From assembly GCA_963772375.1 (NCBI GenBank), contig CAVYXG010000005.1:557339-621338 (forward strand): 64,000 nt of DNA, written 5' to 3'. Positions 8,429 to 17,018 of this stretch are shown piece by piece. Each line of letters begins with the position of its first letter. The stretch's first letter is position 1. Under the pieces are notes generated by a model. That model was not told the DNA's origin, searched no databases, and saw only the letters and a program-made list of their open reading frames with translations. Source of the DNA: an uncultured Actinomycetes bacterium. GTDB lineage: Bacteria; Actinomycetota; UBA4738; JACQTL01. The position numbers and the translations under genes were made by a program.

Positions 8429-10804
8429 ATGAGGACCAGGACGACGTTCACGCCCTTCGCCACGCGGGGCCGCCGGTCCGTCGCGGCGATCCTGCTGACG
8501 TTCGCGCTGTCCTCTGCGTTGTCGGTGGCGCTCACCATCAACGCCACGGCGCGGTCGTCGCACCGGGCCGAGGTCGTGCAGGTGGCGGCACGGCAGCGGA
8601 TGCTCGCCGAGCAGTACGTCGCCGACGTGCTGCTGGCCACCTCGCCCCATGCCACGGCGCCCCGGCGGACGGCGACCATCCTCACCGCCAGCGCCGCGGT
8701 CCTGCTGGACGGCGGCCTCGCGCCGGCCGTGGACGGCGACGACGACGAGACGCTGCTGCCGCCGATCACCGAGCCGGTGATCCGCCGGCAACTGCAACAG
8801 GAACAGCGGCTGGTAGCCGACCTGGTGGGCACCGGGAGCGCGCTGCTGCTGAGCCATCCGATGGACACGTCCCTCTCCGCCGGTGAGCGCATCAACGTGG
8901 CCGATCCACTCCTTCGGCTTCGCATCCTCGCCGCCCTGACGTCGAACGTCTCGCTCAACGCGGCCCGTTCCATCGCGGTGGACGCCGACCGCGCGGTCGG
9001 GGAGTCGGTGGCCCTGCAGATCGCCCTCGGCGCGGGCACGCTGCTGCTGACCCTGCTGCTGGCGTGGGCCCTGATCGGGGCCACGCGCCGGCAGACCGCC
9101 CACTTCCGAAGCCTCGTCTCCGCGTCGTCCGACCTGGTGCTGGTCTTCGGGCCCGAGGGATGCCGGTACGCCAGCACGTCAGTGACCGAGATGCTGGGCA
9201 AGCCCGAGGCGGACCTGCTCGGAGCGGGGTTCGAGCAGCACGTCGACTTGGAGGACCTCCCCGCCTTCCACTCGGCGTCCGTGAACGGCGAACCCCGGGA
9301 GTTCCTCTTCCGGCTCACCAACCGGTTCGGCGAGCAGCGGTCCATCGAGGCTGTCGTCTCCGACCTCCGCCGCGACCGCCACATCCGGGGCATCGTGCTC
9401 AACACCCGCGACGTCACCGAGCGGGTCGCCCTGGAGGAGGAGCTCACCCGACAGGCATTCCACGACGGCCTCACCGGCCTCGCCAACCGGGCACTGTTCC
9501 GCGACCGGCTCGATCACGCGCTGGCGCGTTCGGTTCGGACGGCCGAATCGGTCTCGCTCCTGCTCGCGGACCTCGACGCGTTCAAGGCGGTCAACGACAG
9601 CCTGGGCCACGGTGCCGGCGACGAGTTGCTGCGGCACGTCGCCCGGCGGTTCCTCGAGGCCGTGCGGCCGACCGACACGGTGGCGCGGCTGGGGGGCGAC
9701 GAGTTCTGCGTGCTGATGGAGGCGACCGACCAGGCCCGGGCGGAGGTCGTCGCCCGGCGGCTGCTGGACGCCCTGGCCGACCCGATCCGCGTGGCCGGCC
9801 GCGACCTCGAGGTGGGCGCGAGCATCGGCATCGTGGTGCATCCCGGCGGCGTGGGCACCAGCGAGGACCTCATCCGGCACGCCGACGTCGCCATGTACGC
9901 GGCCAAGGAAGCCGGCCGGGGCCGGTACGAGGTCTTCCGGTACGAGATGGCCCGGGAGCTCGGGCAGCTGCTCGGCCTCGAGCACGAGATGCGCCAGGGC
10001 CTCGTCCAGGGCGAGTTCTCCGTGCACTACCAGCCCGAGGTGGACCTGGGATCAGGGCGCGTGGTCGGTGTGGAAGCATTGCTCCGGTGGACGTCGCCGA
10101 CGCGGGGTTCGGTCTCGCCGGCGGAGTTCATCCCGGTGGCGGAGTCGAGCGGCGTGATCATGCAGCTCGGGGAGTTCGTGCTCGAGTCGGCGTGCCGTCA
10201 GGCCGCGGCGTGGCGGCACGCCGGTCTCCTGCCCGACCCGTTCCGCATGTGGGTGAACGTCTCGGCCAAGCAGCTCTCCGTGGGCGGCATCTGCGAGCAG
10301 GTCCGCCGGCTGCTCCGCGAGAGCGGCCTCCCGGCCGCGGGCCTCGGCCTCGAGGTCACCGAGACGGCGATCGTGACCGGCGGTCCGGCGCTCGAGCGGG
10401 CGCAGGCCGAGCTCCGGGACCTCCAGGGCGACGGTGTGCACATCGCCATCGACGACTTCGGGACGGGGTTCACCTCCCTCGGCCAGCTCCGGCGGTTCCC
10501 GGTCGACGTGCTGAAGGTGGACCGGTCGTTCGTCCAGGGGATCGAGCACGACCCCAAGGACGCCGCGATCACCGCGAACCTCGCCAGCCTGGCACACGCG
10601 CTCGGGCTGAAGGCGGTGGCCGAGGGCATCGAGTCGCAGGGCCAGCTCGCGTCGGCCCGGAAGCTGGGATGCGACCTCGCGCAGGGGTTCCTGTTCGCGC
10701 GGCCGGCCCCCCCGGACCAGGTCGTGGAGCATCTCCGGTCCCGGGCCTCGTCGTTCCCGGCGGAGGAACCGGTCCCGGCGGAGCGCGCGGCCGTCCCACA
10801 GTAG
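8429..10804 (+). CDS. Membrane-anchored sensor diguanylate cyclase/phosphodiesterase (N-terminal helical sensor, PAS, GGDEF, EAL)
   Basis: ATG 1 nt after the cupredoxin stop, with GAGGTGAG SD inside the upstream gene. N-terminal TM (VAAILLTFALSSALSVAL) and a second TM after an ~200-aa extracytoplasmic helical domain. GGDEF motif RLGGDEFCVLME. EAL motif GVEALLRW...DDFGTGFTSL. Confidence 0.85.
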   Translation: MRTRTTFTPFATRGRRSVAAILLTFALSSALSVALTINATARSSHRAEVVQVAARQRMLAEQYVADVLLATSPHATAPRRTATILTASAAVLLDGGLAPAVDGDDDETLLPPITEPVIRRQLQQEQRLVADLVGTGSALLLSHPMDTSLSAGERINVADPLLRLRILAALTSNVSLNAARSIAVDADRAVGESVALQIALGAGTLLLTLLLAWALIGATRRQTAHFRSLVSASSDLVLVFGPEGCRYASTSVTEMLGKPEADLLGAGFEQHVDLEDLPAFHSASVNGEPREFLFRLTNRFGEQRSIEAVVSDLRRDRHIRGIVLNTRDVTERVALEEELTRQAFHDGLTGLANRALFRDRLDHALARSVRTAESVSLLLADLDAFKAVNDSLGHGAGDELLRHVARRFLEAVRPTDTVARLGGDEFCVLMEATDQARAEVVARRLLDALADPIRVAGRDLEVGASIGIVVHPGGVGTSEDLIRHADVAMYAAKEAGRGRYEVFRYEMARELGQLLGLEHEMRQGLVQGEFSVHYQPEVDLGSGRVVGVEALLRWTSPTRGSVSPAEFIPVAESSGVIMQLGEFVLESACRQAAAWRHAGLLPDPFRMWVNVSAKQLSVGGICEQVRRLLRESGLPAAGLGLEVTETAIVTGGPALERAQAELRDLQGDGVHIAIDDFGTGFTSLGQLRRFPVDVLKVDRSFVQGIEHDPKDAAITANLASLAHALGLKAVAEGIESQGQLASARKLGCDLAQGFLFARPAPPDQVVEHLRSRASSFPAEEPVPAERAAVPQ

Positions 10805-10841
10805 CGCCGGCCCCGGCGAATGCTTGATCCGTCGGCGGCGG

Positions 10842-11147
10842 ATGGTACCTTCGGGCCCGATGACGGTCTCCCCCCACGACGCCGCAGCGACCGGCAGCGG
10901 CCTCGACCAGCGCGAACGCGACATCCTGGACTTCGAACGCGACTGGTGGCGGTCCGCGGTGCCCAAGGAACGCGCCATCCGCGACCGCTTCGGAGTGTCG
11001 AGCGCGCGCTATCATCAGGTGCTCGGCGGCCTCCTCGACCGGCCGGAAGCCCTCGCCTACGACCCCATGCTCGTGCGCAGGCTCCGGCGGATCCGCGAGA
11101 CCCGCCGGAGGAAGCGCTCGGCGCGGCGGCTCGGGTTCGAGATCTGA
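10842..11147 (+). CDS. DUF3263 family protein (start ATG 10842 or 10860)
   Basis: RERDILDFERDWWRSAVPKERAIRDRFGVSSARYHQVLGGLLDRPEALAYDPMLVRRLRRIRE matches the actinobacterial DUF3263 consensus. Confidence 0.6.
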   Translation: MVPSGPMTVSPHDAAATGSGLDQRERDILDFERDWWRSAVPKERAIRDRFGVSSARYHQVLGGLLDRPEALAYDPMLVRRLRRIRETRRRKRSARRLGFEI

Positions 11148-11202
11148 CCGGCCGTCCGGGCCCGGACGGCCGAAGGGATGCCGACGTGACGGGGACGATG
11201 CG

Positions 11203-11739
11203 GTGAAGACGGGCGGTGGGCGTCTGGTCGTGATCGTCGCGGCCGTCGTGATCGGGATCCTCGTGCTGGCGAAGGGCCTGCAGGGCCCGGCGGCCGTGGC
11301 CGGGGGTGGAACCCACACCACGCCCCCGCCGGGGTCGTCGCCCACGCCGTCCGCATCCAGCTCGACGCATTCGCCCGGGGGCGGTGGCGGAGAGAGCCCC
11401 GGAGGCCTCCCCTCGCCCAAGCAGAACGGGGTGCTGATCGCGCTGTTCAACGCGACGAACACCGACGGCCTGGCCGGGGCCACGGCGACCAAACTGCAGG
11501 CAAAGGGCTACGTGCTGGCGGGTCAGCCCGGGAACCTGCCCCCGTCGACCACCACGATCATCTACTACAAGGACGACCAGGGGCACGCGGACGCCGTCCA
11601 CCTCATGGAGCTGGCCATCCCGGAGGCCAAGATCAAGCCGCTGCCGAAGAACCTCCCGCAGGCGCAGATCCCGCCGCGTGCCGAGCTCGTCGTCGTGCTT
11701 GGCAGCGACTACGCCCAGTCCCACCCGGTCAACCCCTGA
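11203..11739 (+). CDS. LytR C-terminal domain (LytR_C) membrane-anchored protein with Pro/Ser/Gly-rich linker
   Basis: N-terminal TM LVVIVAAVVIGILVLA, low-complexity linker, then VLIALFNATNTDGLAGATATKLQAKGYVLAGQPGNLPPSTTTIIYY..., typical LytR_C. The DUF3263-LytR_C adjacency is a recurrent actinobacterial pair. Confidence 0.6.
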   Translation: MKTGGGRLVVIVAAVVIGILVLAKGLQGPAAVAGGGTHTTPPPGSSPTPSASSSTHSPGGGGGESPGGLPSPKQNGVLIALFNATNTDGLAGATATKLQAKGYVLAGQPGNLPPSTTTIIYYKDDQGHADAVHLMELAIPEAKIKPLPKNLPQAQIPPRAELVVVLGSDYAQSHPVNP

Positions 11740-11775
11740 ACCGGCACCCCCGCGCGGAAGTACGCTAGCGATCCG

Positions 11776-12816
11776 ATGCGCATCGCCATGCTGGCTCCGG
11801 TGTGGGTGGCCGTCCCCCCCGAGGGATACGGCGGGATCGAGCTCGTCGTCAGCCTCCTGACCGAGGAGCTGGTCGCTCGGGGCCACGACGTCACCCTGTT
11901 CGCGTCGGGGGGTTCGCGGACCAAGGCGACGCTGCGCACCGTGTTCGACGAACCGCCCACCGACCGCCTGTGGGAGACCGAGCCCGATGCCTCGCACGTG
12001 GGCGCCGCGTACCGCGCGGTGGCCCGCGAGTACGCCGACGAGCACGCGTTCGACATCGTCCACGACCACACCGACTACCTGGGGACGGCGTTCGCCGCCA
12101 CGCTGCCGACGCCGGTCGTGCACACGGTGCACTTCCCGCTGGAGGAGCCCAGGGGGGCGTTCCTGCGGCGGTTCGCAGATGACGTGTACCTCGCGGCGAT
12201 CAGCGACTTCCAGCGGAACGCCGCGCCCGACCTGCCGTGGGCCGGCCGCGTGCACAACGCCGTCGACACCGACGCGTTCGAGTTCCGGACCCGCAAGGAC
12301 GGCTATCTGCTGTGCATCGGGCGGATCTGCGAGCGCAAGGGGCAGGACGTCGCCGTTCAGGTGGCCCGGCGATCCGGGCGCAAGCTCGTGCTGGCCGGCC
12401 GTGTGCACCCCAAGGAACGCGACTTCTTCGCGGAACACGTCCTGCCGGACATCGACGGCGACCAGATCGTGTTCGAGGGCGAGGTGCCGAACGACCGCAA
12501 GCGGGACCTGATCGCCGGGGCGTCGGCGCTGCTGCTGCCCGTGCGGGTGCCCGAGCCGTTCGGGCTGGTGATGGTCGAGGCGTTTGCCTCGGGGACGCCG
12601 GTGATCGCGACGCCGTTCGGCGCGGTGAAGGAGATCGTGACGGACGGCGTGACGGGGTTCCTGTCGGGGTCGGTGAAGGGCATGGCGGCGGCCACCGAAC
12701 GGCTGGGGGAGATCGACCCCGAACGCTGCCGCACCGAGGCGGTCGGCCGGTTCGACCCGCGGGCCATGGCCGACGGGTACGAGGAGCTGTACCAGTCGGT
12801 CCTCGGCGGGCTGTGA
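11776..12816 (+). CDS. GT4-family glycosyltransferase (retaining, GT-B fold)
   Basis: N-terminal MRIAMLAPVWVAVPPEGYGGIELVVSLLTEELVARGHDVTLFASGGS and C-terminal EPFGLVMVEAFASGTPVIATPFGAVKEIVTDGVTGFL (E-x7-E GT4 motif region). Confidence 0.8.
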   Translation: MRIAMLAPVWVAVPPEGYGGIELVVSLLTEELVARGHDVTLFASGGSRTKATLRTVFDEPPTDRLWETEPDASHVGAAYRAVAREYADEHAFDIVHDHTDYLGTAFAATLPTPVVHTVHFPLEEPRGAFLRRFADDVYLAAISDFQRNAAPDLPWAGRVHNAVDTDAFEFRTRKDGYLLCIGRICERKGQDVAVQVARRSGRKLVLAGRVHPKERDFFAEHVLPDIDGDQIVFEGEVPNDRKRDLIAGASALLLPVRVPEPFGLVMVEAFASGTPVIATPFGAVKEIVTDGVTGFLSGSVKGMAAATERLGEIDPERCRTEAVGRFDPRAMADGYEELYQSVLGGL

Positions 12817-13262
12817 GACCGGCGATCCTGCCGGCGCTCCTCCCGCTGGCCCACGACCCCTCGCGGGCGGCGGTCGAACGCTTCGCCGTGGTGGCGGTGA
12901 TCTCTGGCCGCCCGACGGACCACGTGCGGGCGCTGCTGGGCGTCGACGGCGTCCGATACCTGGGCTGTACGGGTTGGACGAGGAAGCCCTCCAGCCGGTC
13001 CCGTTCGCGGTGATCGAAGCTGCTCGAACCGCGGCCGCCGCTCTGCCGGGCCACGCGTCGAGGAGAAGGGCGGCGGTTGCCGTGCACGACCGGCAGGCTC
13101 CCGATCCCAATGCCGCCCGGTCGACGCTCCTCGGCGGGTTGGTCGATCCCCCCGAGGGGTTCGAGGTCATCGAGGGCAAGATGGTGGTTGAGCTGGTCCC
13201 GGCCGGCCGGCCTGGTGGGCCTGCTCGCCGACCTCGCCGTCCTCGCCGAGTCGGCCGGCTGA
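12813..13262 (+). pseudogene. Degenerate trehalose-6-phosphate phosphatase (otsB-like HAD-IIB) relic: frameshifted twice, catalytic motif I lost, truncated where it meets the convergent otsA
   Basis: Three consecutive frames carry OtsB-like segments. (a) AILPALLPLAHDPSRAAVERFAVVAVISGRPTDHVRALLGVDGVRYLGCTG resembles the motif I-II region, but DxDGTL is replaced by ILPALL. (b) RRRAAVAVHDRQAPDP...LLGGLVDPPEGFEVIEGKMVVELVPAG resembles the OtsB cap (vE.K..s.avHyR...GK.v.EvrP). (c) PAGLVGLLADLAVLAESAG then stop at 13262, 8 nt before the otsA stop. No single frame is intact. Confidence 0.4.
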
Positions 13263-13269
13263 GTTCGGG

Positions 13270-14751
13270 CTACGCCGCGGCGGCGCGTTCCAGGTCGGCC
13301 AGCTGCGCGCCGACCCACCGCGCGGGCGGGTTGGAGTTGATCGTCCGGCGCAGGGCCGCCGCGCGGCGGTGTCGTTCCCCCTCCGGAATGCGCAGCGCCG
13401 CCAGCAGCGCGTCGGCCGTCTCGCCGATGTCGAACGGGTTCACCGACAGCGCGTACTTGCCGAGCAGCGCGTCGGCGCCGGCGTTCGTCGACAGCACGAG
13501 CACGCCGCCTGCCCGGTTCACGGTCGGTCCCTCCATGGCCACGAGGTTCATCCCGTCGAACACGGGGTTGACCAGCAGGACGTCGTACATCGAGAACGCC
13601 GCGATCGCGCGGTCGATGTCGTCGCGGACGGTCACCGTGACCGGCTGCCAGTCCGGGGTCCCGAGCTCGAGATTGATCCGCTCGGCCGCGCGGAGGCACT
13701 CGCGGGTGTAGGACCGGTACTCGGGGATCGATCGCCGGGACGGGTTCAGCAGCGCCAGGAACCGCACGTGCCGCCGGAGGCGGGGATGCTCGTGCAGGAG
13801 CGTCTCGTAGGCCAGGAACCCCCGCAGGATGTTCTTCGACAGGTCGGTGCGGTCGACGCGCAGGATCATCTTCGCATCGCCCTTCCACCTGGCGAGCTCC
13901 CGGCGGATGCGTCGGACCTCCGGGGTCGCGACCTGGCGCCGGAGCGCCGGCGCGTCGATCGCGATGGGATAGGTCCGGACGGCCACGCTCCGACCGTCGA
14001 TCTCCACCCGCCGCCGCCGGAGGTCCACGCGGGCGCCGTCCACGTGGCGGCTGCACAGCAGGAAGTTCTCCGCCCATTCGTCACAGTGGAACCCCAGCAC
14101 GTCGGCCCCGAGCATTCCCCGCAGGACCGCGTCGCCCATGTCCCGCGGGAGGATCCGGAAGTAGTCGGGCCCCGCGAACGGCGTGTGCGAGAAGTGCGCG
14201 ACGAGCGCGTCCGGCCGGCGGTTGCGGAGCAGCTTGGGCACGAGCGACAGGTGGTAGTCCTGCACGAGGAACGCCGGGCGCCCCGGCTCGTCCGCGAGCG
14301 CGTCGGCGAACGCCTCGTTCACCGCGACGTAGTCGCGCCACGCGTCGCGGACGGCCCGCCCGAACCGCGGCGTGCGCGGAGCGTCGAACAGGTAGTGGTG
14401 TGCGAACCACAGCAGGCGGTTGGACACGACGTTGTAGTAGCGATCGAATGCCTCAGCCGGCGGGGAAAGGTACCGGACGCGGTACTTGGCGTCATCGTCC
14501 GCGATCTCGATGCGGCCTTCCGGCGCCCGTTCGGCCGCCAGCCGATCCCCCTCGGTCATCGCCGCGGCGACCCACAGCCCGCCGGTGCCGGTGAGCGCCC
14601 CCGTGAGCGCCGTGACCAATCCGCCACCCCCGCGGGAATGCTCGACCTCGCCGTCCTCCGACACCTCGAACTGCACCGGCCCGCGGTTGGACGCGACGAC
14701 GACGCCGCGCCGGGGCGGGCCCGGGCGCACGGGTGGTGGTCCGGGGGGCAT
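13270..14751 (-). CDS. otsA: Alpha,alpha-trehalose-phosphate synthase (UDP-forming), GT20
   Basis: N-terminal VVVASNRGPVQF...GGGLVTAL, YHLSLVPKLLR, and a C-terminal PDWQPVTVTVRDDID...VLLVNPVFDGMNLVAMEG region typical of GT20 OtsA. Confidence 0.85.
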   Translation of the reverse strand: MPPGPPPVRPGPPRRGVVVASNRGPVQFEVSEDGEVEHSRGGGGLVTALTGALTGTGGLWVAAAMTEGDRLAAERAPEGRIEIADDDAKYRVRYLSPPAEAFDRYYNVVSNRLLWFAHHYLFDAPRTPRFGRAVRDAWRDYVAVNEAFADALADEPGRPAFLVQDYHLSLVPKLLRNRRPDALVAHFSHTPFAGPDYFRILPRDMGDAVLRGMLGADVLGFHCDEWAENFLLCSRHVDGARVDLRRRRVEIDGRSVAVRTYPIAIDAPALRRQVATPEVRRIRRELARWKGDAKMILRVDRTDLSKNILRGFLAYETLLHEHPRLRRHVRFLALLNPSRRSIPEYRSYTRECLRAAERINLELGTPDWQPVTVTVRDDIDRAIAAFSMYDVLLVNPVFDGMNLVAMEGPTVNRAGGVLVLSTNAGADALLGKYALSVNPFDIGETADALLAALRIPEGERHRRAAALRRTINSNPPARWVGAQLADLERAAAA

Positions 14752-14851
14752 GAACGGAGTCTACCCAGGCCGGCCGATCCGGCCGCCGCACGGGGGTATA
14801 CCGTGTCCGGGCCGGGCCCACTGTTAGGATCGACCGGCCCGAGGAGCGAGC

Positions 14852-16252
14852 GTGCAGCGTCCCCGAGAGCCCATCCTCCACAACCCGATCGTCGCTCGGG
14901 CCGCTCGGGTCTTCGCCGTCACCTGGGCGGCGGTGGGGATGGTCATCCTCGCCGCGCTGATCCTCCGGTACCTCCTGTACCCGACCCGGATCATCTTCGC
15001 CCCGCTGTTGCTCGCCCTGATCCTCGTCTACCTGCTCAACCCGGTCGTCAACTGGCTCCAGGACCACCACGTCCGGCGCGTGCTGGCCACGCTGCTCACC
15101 TACGTCGTGGTGCTGACCACGCTCGCCCTGTTGTTGACCTGGCTCGTCCCGATCATCTCGCAGCAGGCCGTGGCGTTCGGCCACAGCATCCCCAAGCTCC
15201 TCGACCGGGCGCGGGACGGCCTTCTGGCCTTCTCGCGCCACCTCGGCCTGCACGTGAAGAAGACGAACCTGTTCGCGCCGTTCGGCACGACGGGGTCGGT
15301 GGGGGAGTACGTCCGTCGCGTGACGTCGGTGAGCTCGGCGGTGGGGCTGGTGCTGATCCTGGTGCTCGGCCCGATCCTCGCGTTCTACCTGCTCGTGGAC
15401 CTGCCCAAGCTGTCGCGGGCGCTCGAGGCGGCGGTGCCGCCCCGCCGCCGGAGCGAGGTGCTGAGCGTCTCCCGCCGTGTCTCGGCGGCGTGGGGCGGGT
15501 ACTTCCGGGGGCAGTTCCTCATCGCCCTCGGGGTGGGGGCATTCTGCATGCTGGGGTTCTGGATCATCGCGCTGCCGTACTGGGCGCTGGTCGGACTGCT
15601 GATCGGCCTGTTCAGCCTGATCCCCACGATCGGGCCGTTCCTGGGGGCGATCCCGGCCCTGTTCGTCGCGTTCACGTCGCCCGAGTCCGGAACCGGGGGG
15701 CTGTTCCACCCGCGGCCGGGGTGGCCGCTCGCGGTGGCCGCCTCGGTGGTGCTGCTCATCGTCCAGCAGGTGGACGTGCTGGTCGTGAGCCCGCGGCTCG
15801 TGACCAGGAGCATCCGGCTGAACCCCGTCACCGTGATGATCTCCGTGCTGATCGCGGGGACGGTCGCCGGGGTGTACGGGATGCTCCTCGCCATCCCTGC
15901 GGTCGCGTCGGTGAAGATCCTGGTGGTCCACTACTGGGACACGCGAATGGTCTGGCCGCCGCCCGGGCCCGAGGCGACGGGGAGGGCCTCCGGTCCGGAC
16001 GAGGAACCCGCGCCCAAGGCCGGCGGTCCCGATCCCGGCCCGGGCATGGTCGCGGCGCTGCCCGAGGACGATCCGGCGATGCAGGAGTCGGACGAAGCGC
16101 CCCGGGGACGTGCGGCGGACGTGAGGTCGAGTGCCGGTGGCAACGGGAGCGGGCGGGGCAACGGCGCCCGGCGCGAAGGCCTCAGCCCGGGGCCGGTCCC
16201 AACAGGGCGGCGACTGCCTCGGCCACTCCGTTCCCGCCGGCGCTCGGGGTGA
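14852..16252 (+). CDS. AI-2E family transporter (UPF0118/PerM-like) with disordered C-terminal tail
   Basis: GTG start with GAGGAG SD 5 nt upstream. Eight predicted TM helices. Conserved ...LIALGVGAFCMLGFWIIALPYWALVGLLIGLFSLIPTIGPFLGAIPALFVAF... core of the AI-2E family. The last ~110 residues are Pro/Gly/Ala-rich and overlap the convergent gpgP 3' end, so the exact stop is uncertain. Confidence 0.8.
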   Translation: MQRPREPILHNPIVARAARVFAVTWAAVGMVILAALILRYLLYPTRIIFAPLLLALILVYLLNPVVNWLQDHHVRRVLATLLTYVVVLTTLALLLTWLVPIISQQAVAFGHSIPKLLDRARDGLLAFSRHLGLHVKKTNLFAPFGTTGSVGEYVRRVTSVSSAVGLVLILVLGPILAFYLLVDLPKLSRALEAAVPPRRRSEVLSVSRRVSAAWGGYFRGQFLIALGVGAFCMLGFWIIALPYWALVGLLIGLFSLIPTIGPFLGAIPALFVAFTSPESGTGGLFHPRPGWPLAVAASVVLLIVQQVDVLVVSPRLVTRSIRLNPVTVMISVLIAGTVAGVYGMLLAIPAVASVKILVVHYWDTRMVWPPPGPEATGRASGPDEEPAPKAGGPDPGPGMVAALPEDDPAMQESDEAPRGRAADVRSSAGGNGSGRGNGARREGLSPGPVPTGRRLPRPLRSRRRSG

Positions 16253-17018
16253 GGAAGGCGTTGTCGACGGGGCCGCCGGCGGCACGGGTGGCCTCGGCGC
16301 CGTTCGCCACGATGAAGACGGCCCCGGTCACGGCCGCGGCCTCGAGGTCGGACGGCGAGTCGCCGACGGCGGCGGTCGCCTCAGGCTCCAACCCGTTCCG
16401 TTCCCGGTGCAGCGCGATCGCCGCGGCCTTGCTCACGCCGCGGGGGACGACGTGGTACGCGTGGACCTCCGGGAGGTCGAGCCCGTCGTACCCCCGGTGG
16501 ATCACGCCGTTGTCGCGCACCTCCAGCCACCCGTAGCCGGCGCCGGCCAGGCCCGCGGTGGCCTCGGCGGGATCGACCAGGCCGCGCAGCAGCAGCGTGG
16601 CCTCGCGGGGCTCGGCGGACCACGGGGTGTGCGGCTCCAGGCGCCCCGCGTACCGTTCGAGCAGGAACGCCCCGGCCCCCGACCGGACGATGGCCTCGAA
16701 CGGGGTTCCGGGGCCCTGGTCGCCGAACGTCGTCACGACCTCGGAGCCGTCCACCACGAACGCCCCCAGCTCGGCGATGTGACTCCGCGCCCCCAGCATC
16801 CGGGCGGCCTCCCGGGCCTGCGGTCTCGTTCGGCCCGATACCACCACCAGGTCCACGCCCGCCCGGTGCAGCGCGGCCACCGCTGCGGCGCCCCGGTCGG
16901 TCAACCCCCCGGGGATCCCGGCGAACAGCGATCCCCCCGGCCCGGTGAGCGTTCCGTCGAGGTCGGCATACAGGGCGCGCAGGCGGCCCGCGGGATGGAA
17001 CTCCTCGAGCGGCCGCAT
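16182..17018 (-). CDS. gpgP: HAD-IIB phosphatase, MPGP-family-like; candidate glucosyl-3-phosphoglycerate phosphatase
   Basis: Motif I YADLDGTLTG, motif II LVVVSGR, motif IV AAVGDSPSDLEAA (GDSxxD as in MpgP/GpgP-type HAD-IIB). ATG start shares one base with the gpgS TGA stop (ATGA overlap), so it is translationally coupled. Confidence 0.65.
   Translation of the reverse strand: MRPLEEFHPAGRLRALYADLDGTLTGPGGSLFAGIPGGLTDRGAAAVAALHRAGVDLVVVSGRTRPQAREAARMLGARSHIAELGAFVVDGSEVVTTFGDQGPGTPFEAIVRSGAGAFLLERYAGRLEPHTPWSAEPREATLLLRGLVDPAEATAGLAGAGYGWLEVRDNGVIHRGYDGLDLPEVHAYHVVPRGVSKAAAIALHRERNGLEPEATAAVGDSPSDLEAAAVTGAVFIVANGAEATRAAGGPVDNAFLTPSAGGNGVAEAVAALLGPAPG

Noticed and set aside
10198-14077. 993-aa and 625-aa minus-strand ORFs spanning the GGDEF-EAL, DUF3263, LytR_C, GT4 and otsA genes
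   Set aside because: Antisense or alternate-frame artefacts. Composition dominated by Arg/Pro/Gly, and they contradict multiple motif-supported genes.
13369-16536. 1055-aa plus-strand ORF and 597-aa minus ORF across otsA and the AI-2E transporter
   Set aside because: Shadow ORFs. The real genes are identified by the GT20 and AI-2E transporter motifs in other frames.
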